A stretch of 64,000 bases of DNA. Source: a bacterium (GTDB taxonomy: Bacteria > Patescibacteriota > Microgenomatia > Levybacterales > UBA12049). The notes under the pieces were generated by a model. The model worked only from the letters and a program-made list of their open reading frames with translations, was not told where the DNA came from and ran no database searches. The stretch covers positions 133,082 to 197,081 of the forward strand of contig JAJYDJ010000002.1 of NCBI GenBank assembly GCA_021777565.1. Reading direction: 5' to 3'. Numbering within the stretch: position 1 is the first letter of the stretch; each line of letters begins with the position of its first letter. The position numbers and the translations under genes are program-made. Shown piece after piece: positions 57,119-64,000 of the stretch.

Positions 57119-58948
57119 TTATGATACCACAGCGTACAATCTCATTTGTTGCTGACCAATTTTTTCCTGTTTGGTGATCTTGAAGGACTTGATGTCAGCA
57201 GTATTCTCAACATGTGGTCCCCCACAAAGTTCTTTAGAATAGTCACCAATAAAATATACTTTTACGATGTCTTGATATTTATCTCCAAAAAGCCCGATAG
57301 CGCCTGTCTCACGTGCTTTTTCAAGAGGAAGCATCTCAAAGTGGACTGGCAGCGCTGCTGCAATTTTTTCTTTCACGATAGCTTCAACTTTGTCTATTTG
57401 CTCTTGTGTGAGTTTGTCAGGGTGATAGAAATCAAATCTCAGTCTTTCTGGGGTGATGTTAGATCCAGTCTGTCTCACATGATCTCCCAGCACGTCTCGA
57501 AGTGCTTGTTGGAGCAGATGAGTCGCCGTATGACCCTTGATCGTCAAGTCAGAGTGGTCGGCAAGGCCACCTTTAAACTTCCCTGCACTTGCAGTTCGGG
57601 AAAGATCTTTGTGTGATTTCATTTTCTCAGCAAATGCCTGATCATCAAAAGTAAACCCTAGTGATTTGATTTGTGTTGGGGAGAGGCCATGTGTGGCATA
57701 TAAAACAAACGCATCTTCAGCAGAAATTTCTTTGATCTCACCCATGATTTCATCACCACCGACTTGTTTGTATTTCTTTTCAATATATTTTTGTGCTTCA
57801 TGACGAGTGTGCGCATATTTTTGCTCTTCTTCAAGGATGGTAAGCTTAATTTCTTCAAAATGCTCTGCCAAGGTGGGATCAGTCTCCGTGTATTGGTTCA
57901 CGATTGCGGTCAAAACAGGAGTGATATCTTTGCCACCAAGCGTCTCAAAACTGTCAAAGCTGCGACGTAAAAGTTTTCTCAAGATATATCCTTGTTCTTT
58001 GTTGGATGGCTTAATCCCAGCATGAATAATGAAACAAGAAGACGAAAGATGTGCGGTAATCATACGCATGTGTTTGGCATGGGTGTCGTAGGTCTTATCG
58101 GTTGCCTTCTCAAGACTCTCAATAACAGGCTTGAACAGAGAGGTTAGAAAGACGTCAGGCTCGTTCTCTGTGGCCATAATGAGTCTTTCCAGTCCTCCTC
58201 CAAAATCCACATTCCTTTGGGCAAGTTGTTCAAAACTGCCATCTTCAGCTTTCTTATATTCCATAAATACGTTATTCCCAATTTCAATATACCGACCACA
58301 ATCACAGTTAATATGGCAAGGTTCATCCCTCCATGGACTATTTTCATGGATTTTCAAGTCTGCTCCGAAATCATAAAACATCTCTGTATCTGGTCCACCC
58401 AACTCTCCTGAAGGCATGTTCTCGGGAACACCTGCGCGTGACCACCAATTCTTCTTTGGCCCATAAGGGAAAATACGACCTTCTGCCAAAACGCCTGCTT
58501 TTTCAAATTGTTCTGTCCAGATACGGATAGAATCAGTGTCTTTTGGAATACTCTGATAGCCGTCAAACACGCTCGTGTAGAGTCTGTGGGGATCAATACC
58601 TAGTTTTTTAGTTAAAAAAGTGAACATCCAGGGGATTTGTTCTTCCTTAAAATAGTCACCCAGAGACCAGTTCCCAATCATGCGAAAGAGCGTAAGGTGA
58701 CGATTATCTCCCACTTCATCAATGTCATCCATTGCTCCTTGACCCCGAAATACGTTCTGGACGTTCACAAATCGTTTGCCCTGAGGGTGTGGTTCACCTG
58801 CAAGATAAGGAATAAGCGGCTGCATACCACTGGAAGTAAAAAGCGTAGTTGGGTCATTCTCAGGCACGAGAGGGGCATTGGGGATCTGGACATGGCCATT
58901 TTCCTTGTAAAAAGAGACATAGTTATCAATAATTTGTTTTCCAGTCAT
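57119..58948 (-). CDS. alaS: Alanyl-tRNA synthetase lacking C-Ala domain
   Basis: DPTTLFTSSGMQP, H.T.F.M.GNWS.GDYFK, D.G.GLER, editing HTATH and ELCGGPH. Confidence 0.96.
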   Translation of the reverse strand: MTGKQIIDNYVSFYKENGHVQIPNAPLVPENDPTTLFTSSGMQPLIPYLAGEPHPQGKRFVNVQNVFRGQGAMDDIDEVGDNRHLTLFRMIGNWSLGDYFKEEQIPWMFTFLTKKLGIDPHRLYTSVFDGYQSIPKDTDSIRIWTEQFEKAGVLAEGRIFPYGPKKNWWSRAGVPENMPSGELGGPDTEMFYDFGADLKIHENSPWRDEPCHINCDCGRYIEIGNNVFMEYKKAEDGSFEQLAQRNVDFGGGLERLIMATENEPDVFLTSLFKPVIESLEKATDKTYDTHAKHMRMITAHLSSSCFIIHAGIKPSNKEQGYILRKLLRRSFDSFETLGGKDITPVLTAIVNQYTETDPTLAEHFEEIKLTILEEEQKYAHTRHEAQKYIEKKYKQVGGDEIMGEIKEISAEDAFVLYATHGLSPTQIKSLGFTFDDQAFAEKMKSHKDLSRTASAGKFKGGLADHSDLTIKGHTATHLLQQALRDVLGDHVRQTGSNITPERLRFDFYHPDKLTQEQIDKVEAIVKEKIAAALPVHFEMLPLEKARETGAIGLFGDKYQDIVKVYFIGDYSKELCGGPHVENTADIKSFKITKQEKIGQQQMRLYAVVS

Positions 58949-58969
58949 GAATCTATTATAGCCTAGGTG

Positions 58970-58999
58970 TTGACAGAAAGTGAAGACCTATGGTATAAA
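58970..58999 (+). promoter_or_regulatory. rpoBC promoter
   Basis: TTGACA 58970-58975, 18 nt, TGgTATAAA. Confidence 0.6.
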
Positions 59000-59033
59000 A
59001 CGGGTACCTTAGTTTTATACGTAAAGGTAATAG

Positions 59034-59067
59034 AAACAAGAGGTAATATATATCCTCTTTGTTTTTT
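59034..59067 (+). terminator. Terminator-like hairpin in the rpoB leader
   Basis: AAACAAGAGG / CCTCTTTGTTT stem followed by T run, upstream of the rpoB ATG. Confidence 0.5.
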
Positions 59068-59091
59068 GTCGTATAAACCACCAACGCGCCG

Positions 59092-62000
59092 ATGCCGAAA
59101 CAACAACAACAACCAATTACACGAGAATACTGGGGCAAGGAAGAAAAACACCTCCCGAAATTGGACTTGCTTGCTATCCAAAAAAACTCATACAAATGGT
59201 TTGTTGAAAAGGCAATTGGTGACGTCCTCAACGAGATCTCCCCAATTAATGACTTTACTGACAAGAACTGGAGTCTTTCCTTTGATAGTTACCGTATTGG
59301 AAAGCCATCCATGACAGTAAGTGAAAGTCTACAGAAAGGAGCGACATACGACGCTCCTTTATATGTTGAGACAACACTCACCAACAAAAGAGACAATACT
59401 TCACAAAAACAAGAAATCTTCCTTGGTGATATTCCACAAATGACTGATCGTGGTACTTTTATCGTCAGTGGTATTGAAAGAGCAGTCATTAACCAGATTG
59501 TTCGTTCATCCGGTGTTTTCTTTACCGCCGCAGCAGATGCAGTGACAGGAAAAGCACTCTACAATGCAGAAATTCGTCCACAACATGGTGTCTGGCTTGA
59601 ATTTGCAACAACTCGTCAGGGAACAATCACCGTAAAGGTTGATCGTCGCCGCAAATTCCCAGTAACAACTCTTCTTCGCGCTCTTGGTATCTCTTCCAAT
59701 GAGGAATTAATGGAAAAATTTGCAGGGGTACAGGACAAAAATGGATTTATTGAACAAACTCTTCAAAAAGATGAAACAACAAGTACTACAGAAGCTCTTA
59801 TTGAAATTTTTAAGAAAATGCGACCAGGTGAGCCTGTCGTTATCGAGAAGGTCCGTGAAAGTATTCACGGACTTTTCTTTCATGCACGACGCTATGATCT
59901 TGGCGAAGTCGGTCGTTATAAGGTTAATAAAAAGCTCGGTGATCTTCCAGAATTTACTTCAAGTACAGAAAGAACCCTCACTCTCAATGATATTATCGGA
60001 ACCGTTGCCTACTTAATCGCACTGTCAAATGGCGATCAGCGAACAATCGTTGATGATATTGATAGTCTTGCTCACCGTCGCGTACGAAGTGTTGGAGAAT
60101 TGGTTGCTACAACTGCATTCCGCGTGGGTGTTCTTCGTCTTGAGCGCGCAGTGAAAGAAAGAATGAGTCTTTTGTCTTTTGACGAACCAGTTGCAATTAG
60201 TTCTCTTATTAATGCTCGTCCAATTGTCGCATCTTTGAACGAGTTCTTTAGAACTTCCCAGCTCTCTTCTATCCTTGACCAAACCAACCCACTCTCAGAA
60301 GTAGAAATTCTCAGTCGTCTGACCGTTATGGGTCAAGGTGGTATTCAAAGAGATCGTGCAGCATTCTCCATTCGCGACATTAACGCATCACAGTATGGTC
60401 GTGTCTGTCCAGTTAAGAGTCCTGAAGGTCCAAACATCGGTTTGGTTACCTATCTGACTTTGTACGCTCGCGTAAATGAGTATGGATTCCTGGAAACCCC
60501 ATATCGAAAAGTAGAGAATGGCAAGGCGACAGATGAAGTAGTGTACATGGACGCAGCTGACGAAGCAAAATTCTATATCACCCACGCTGGAGTACTCGGT
60601 GAAAAAGATGAGATTGCAGCTGATCGTGTCCCAGCTCGTTATCGTGGTGAATTTACTGAAATCGAAAAAGAAAAAGTATCCTATGTTGACGTTTCACCAC
60701 GTCAAGTTATTGGTGCCTCTACTTCTCTGATCCCATTTGTGGCTCATGACGAAGCACAGCGCGCGCTCATGGGTACCCACATGCAGTGGCAGGCAGTTCC
60801 TTTGGTAAAGCCAGCGAGTCCAATCGTTGGAACTGGTATGGAAGGCCCAATTGCACAAGTCATGGGTAAAGTTGTTCACGCTCCATTTGATGGTGTCATC
60901 GCAAAAGCAGATGCAAACGGTGTCCTCTTGGAAGGTAAGAATGAAAAAGCAGGATTCCCAATTGAGTCATTCTCTCGTACTGCAGCTACAACTGCCTACA
61001 CTCAGCGAGCCGTTGTAAAGACAGGCGATAAGGTAAAGAAAGGTGATCTCCTTATTGATGGTCCATCAAGTGAAAATGGAGAATTGGCACTTGGACAAAA
61101 TCTTTTAGTCGCATACATGTCTTTGGATGGTCTGGAATTTGAAGACGCTATGGTTATCTCTGATCGTCTGGTTAAAGAAGATATTCTTTCAAGTATTCAT
61201 ATCGAGAAATATGAAACAACGGTTGTTGATACCAAACTTGGCCCAGAAGAATTGACTCGCGATTTGGCAAACGTTGCAGAAGATGAATTAAAGAATCTCG
61301 ATGAGCGTGGTATCGTCTATCTCGGTGCTGAAGTTGATCCTGGATCTATCTTGGTTGGTAAAATTGCACCGAAAGGTGAGACAGAATTGACTGCTGAAGA
61401 AAGACTCTTGCGCGCTATCTTTGGTGAACAGGCACGAGAAGTCCGTGATACATCACTACGCATGCCACACGGTGAGCGAGGAATTGTAACCAATATTCAG
61501 ATTCTTGATCGTAAAGATGGGGTTGAACTCGAACCAGGGGCACTCCAGAGAATTATTGTAGAGGTTGCACAACTTCGCCACGTAGTCGTTGGAGACAAAC
61601 TCGCTGGACGCCATGGGAATAAGGGTGTTATTTCACGCATCTTGCCTGAGGCTGACATGCCATATATTGAGGGTGGTCGTCACGTTGATATCATTATTCG
61701 TCCAGCATCAGTTCTGGCACGTATGAACTTGGGCCAGGTTTTGGAAGCACATCTTGGTTTGGCGGCTGAGAAGCTGAACAAGAAAGTTGCTCTTCCAGTC
61801 TTTGACAAGGTCAATGAAGATAAGATCGTAGAGCATCTGCAGGAAGCTGGCTACCCAACAGATGGCAAATTGAAGCTGTTTGATGGACGAACTGGTGAAG
61901 CATATGAACACCCAGTTGTCGTTGGTATCGGCTATATCATGAAGCTTATCCATATGGTTGAGGATAAGACACATGCTCGTTCAACTGGTCCATATTCTCT

Positions 62001-62481
62001 GGTTACCCAGCAGCCACTTGGTGGTAAAGCACAAATGGGAGGTCAGAGACTTGGAGAAATGGAAGTTTGGGCACTTGAGGCACATCGTGCACGATATATC
62101 TTGCAAGAAATGCTTACGATCAAATCAGATGATGTGGTCGGACGAAGTAAGGCATTTGAAGCAATGGTCAAGGGTACTGATATTCCAACACCAATGGTTC
62201 CAGAATCATTTAATGTGTTGATGCGCGAACTTGAAGCACTTGCGATTAACGTAAAACCTGTTAGTGCGTCAGTAGTAACGGATGATGCGACAACACCAGT
62301 GACGCCAGCAGATGACGTTGCTGCACTTGCTGAAGAAGAAAAAGTAGAAAAGCAGGCAAAAGAGCTTGAAGAAGAACTCGGTGCCTCTAGCGAAGGTGAG
62401 CCCGGAGATGATACAATGGAGGCCAACCCAATGGATATTGCAGAAGAAGGTCCACAGACAGAAGAACTGATTGAAGGATAA
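59092..62481 (+). CDS. rpoB: RNA polymerase beta subunit
   Basis: [52 protein letters not shown]. Confidence 0.98.
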   Translation: MPKQQQQPITREYWGKEEKHLPKLDLLAIQKNSYKWFVEKAIGDVLNEISPINDFTDKNWSLSFDSYRIGKPSMTVSESLQKGATYDAPLYVETTLTNKRDNTSQKQEIFLGDIPQMTDRGTFIVSGIERAVINQIVRSSGVFFTAAADAVTGKALYNAEIRPQHGVWLEFATTRQGTITVKVDRRRKFPVTTLLRALGISSNEELMEKFAGVQDKNGFIEQTLQKDETTSTTEALIEIFKKMRPGEPVVIEKVRESIHGLFFHARRYDLGEVGRYKVNKKLGDLPEFTSSTERTLTLNDIIGTVAYLIALSNGDQRTIVDDIDSLAHRRVRSVGELVATTAFRVGVLRLERAVKERMSLLSFDEPVAISSLINARPIVASLNEFFRTSQLSSILDQTNPLSEVEILSRLTVMGQGGIQRDRAAFSIRDINASQYGRVCPVKSPEGPNIGLVTYLTLYARVNEYGFLETPYRKVENGKATDEVVYMDAADEAKFYITHAGVLGEKDEIAADRVPARYRGEFTEIEKEKVSYVDVSPRQVIGASTSLIPFVAHDEAQRALMGTHMQWQAVPLVKPASPIVGTGMEGPIAQVMGKVVHAPFDGVIAKADANGVLLEGKNEKAGFPIESFSRTAATTAYTQRAVVKTGDKVKKGDLLIDGPSSENGELALGQNLLVAYMSLDGLEFEDAMVISDRLVKEDILSSIHIEKYETTVVDTKLGPEELTRDLANVAEDELKNLDERGIVYLGAEVDPGSILVGKIAPKGETELTAEERLLRAIFGEQAREVRDTSLRMPHGERGIVTNIQILDRKDGVELEPGALQRIIVEVAQLRHVVVGDKLAGRHGNKGVISRILPEADMPYIEGGRHVDIIIRPASVLARMNLGQVLEAHLGLAAEKLNKKVALPVFDKVNEDKIVEHLQEAGYPTDGKLKLFDGRTGEAYEHPVVVGIGYIMKLIHMVEDKTHARSTGPYSLVTQQPLGGKAQMGGQRLGEMEVWALEAHRARYILQEMLTIKSDDVVGRSKAFEAMVKGTDIPTPMVPESFNVLMRELEALAINVKPVSASVVTDDATTPVTPADDVAALAEEEKVEKQAKELEEELGASSEGEPGDDTMEANPMDIAEEGPQTEELIEG

Positions 62482-62485
62482 TTTT

Positions 62486-64000
62486 ATGGCAGAAAACATG
62501 AAACAAAAGAAAAATATTAAATTTGTAGACTTTCAAGGTCTGCAGGTGCTTCTCGCATCCAAGCAAGACATTCTTGATTGGTCATATGGTGAAGTAACCA
62601 AGCCAGAAACGATTAACTATCGTACGCTTCGTCCTGAGAAAGACGGGCTTTTTGATGAAAGAATCTTTGGTCCAACAAAAGACTGGGAATGTTATTGTGG
62701 AAAGTATAAGAGAATTCGTTACAAGGGTGTTATTTGCGACAAGTGTGGTGTTGAAGTAACTCTCTCTCGTGTACGTCGTGAGCGCATGGGTCATATTACG
62801 CTTGCAGCTCCATCAGCACACGTATGGTTCTTCAAGGGTGCATCAAGTCCACTGTCTACCTTGATTGATGTCTCACAGAAGAGTCTGGAAGCAGTTATTT
62901 ACTACGCATCTCACGTAGTGGTGACTCTTGATGAACAGAAGAAAAAAGATGCACTTGCAGAATTAAATGACAGTATTGAAAAGCGTAAAGCAAATCTTGA
63001 ACAAAGTCGCAAACAAGAAGAAGCAGCACTCACAGAAGATGTAGAAACCAAGATCAAGGAAGCAAAAGATCGTGGTAATAAAGAGCAACAAAAACTGGTT
63101 GAACAAGAACTAACTCTTTCTCTTCGCCAGAAATTAGCACGCCTGACAGAGCGCGTAGAAGGTGAACTCAAAAAAGTTGATGAAATTGCAGCAGTACTCT
63201 CAACACTTCTTAAGAATTTGCATGTTGGTAGTGTGATTTCTGAAGAAGAATATTACAAAGTATTAGAATACGAAATTCCAGAATTCTTCACCATCAAAAC
63301 TGGTGCTGAAGCCTTGAAAGAACTTCTTGAAAAAATGGATTTTGATGAAGAAATTGTTAGACTTCGTGGTGAACTCGAGAAAGCAACTTCCCAGCGTTAT
63401 CTCAAGCTCATTAAGCGTCTTCGCTTGATGGAATCCATGAAAAAAGCAGGTATCAAGCCAGTATCTCTTCTTTTGGAAGTATTACCAGTTCTTCCATCAG
63501 ATCTTCGTCCTATGGTTCAGCTCGCTGGTGGACGTTTTGCAACCAGTGATTTGAACGATTTGTATCGTCGTGTGATTAACCGAAACAACCGTCTTAAGCA
63601 CCTTATTGGTCTTGGCGCGCCTGAAATCATTCTGCGTAACGAAAAGCGCATGCTTCAGGAAGCAGTTGATGCCTTGATTGATGAACCACAGCGCTCATCT
63701 CAAACCTTGACCAACCCACTGCGATCTCTCTCAGAACTTCTCAGAGGGAAGCAGGGACGATTCCGAGGTAATCTCTTGGGTAAGCGCGTTGACTACTCTG
63801 GACGTTCAGTTATCGTTGTCGGACCAGACTTGAAACTTAATCAGTGTGGTTTGCCAAAGGATATGGCACTTGAAATGTTCAAGCCATTTGTTCTTCGTGA
63901 AGTTATCGTTCGTGGGTATGCTCCAAACATCAAATCAGCCAAGCGATTTATTGAGCGACGTCCACCAGAAGTTTTTGATATTTTGGAAGAAATTACTAAG
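62486..64000 (+). CDS. rpoC: RNA polymerase beta' subunit, partial (runs off window)
   Basis: Manual translation: [77 protein letters not shown]. Confidence 0.98.
   Translation, partial: MAENMKQKKNIKFVDFQGLQVLLASKQDILDWSYGEVTKPETINYRTLRPEKDGLFDERIFGPTKDWECYCGKYKRIRYKGVICDKCGVEVTLSRVRRERMGHITLAAPSAHVWFFKGASSPLSTLIDVSQKSLEAVIYYASHVVVTLDEQKKKDALAELNDSIEKRKANLEQSRKQEEAALTEDVETKIKEAKDRGNKEQQKLVEQELTLSLRQKLARLTERVEGELKKVDEIAAVLSTLLKNLHVGSVISEEEYYKVLEYEIPEFFTIKTGAEALKELLEKMDFDEEIVRLRGELEKATSQRYLKLIKRLRLMESMKKAGIKPVSLLLEVLPVLPSDLRPMVQLAGGRFATSDLNDLYRRVINRNNRLKHLIGLGAPEIILRNEKRMLQEAVDALIDEPQRSSQTLTNPLRSLSELLRGKQGRFRGNLLGKRVDYSGRSVIVVGPDLKLNQCGLPKDMALEMFKPFVLREVIVRGYAPNIKSAKRFIERRPPEVFDILEEITK

Noticed and set aside
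1-64000. Alternative genetic code 25 (TGA=Gly)
   Set aside because: Core genes are full length in code 11 and several end at TGA (e.g. 12310, 15499, 39801, 50747).

Overview
64 kb of bacterial chromosome, mostly core genes, standard genetic code (TGA used as stop). Gene content points to a Patescibacteria/CPR (Microgenomates-like) genome; this is an inference from short IF2/MetRS/AlaRS, archaeal-type PyrH, ATP-dependent ligase and AMP phosphorylase, a sortase, many glycosyltransferases and a membrane-tethered Clp ATPase. It contains trxAB, trpR-trpS, ftsH, recF, a glycosylation cluster, hrcA-grpE-dnaK-dnaJ with a CIRCE, nusA-infB-rpsO-pnp-rnj-ftsK, alaS, rpoB and the start of rpoC. I saw no rRNA, tRNA, CRISPR array or transposase. 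Most interesting signals: (1) a self-contained unit at ~16.87-17.34 kb with a CRP box exactly at -41.5, a ~180-nt multi-hairpin leader, a 68-aa orphan ORF and a terminator whose loop is complementary to a leader loop, next to a non-cAMP-type Crp gene; (2) about 19 genes with a -10 box 6-7 nt before the ATG (pervasive leaderless architecture); (3) EndoQ, an ATP-dependent ligase and a stand-alone flap nuclease, two of them with clamp-binding-like tails; (4) a membrane-anchored Hsp100 with a small membrane partner; (5) a putative actin-like/TM/baseplate-J-like fusion beside a sortase and MltG. Family calls come from motif recognition only; no searches were run, and many start codons were re-picked downstream of the ORF-track starts.
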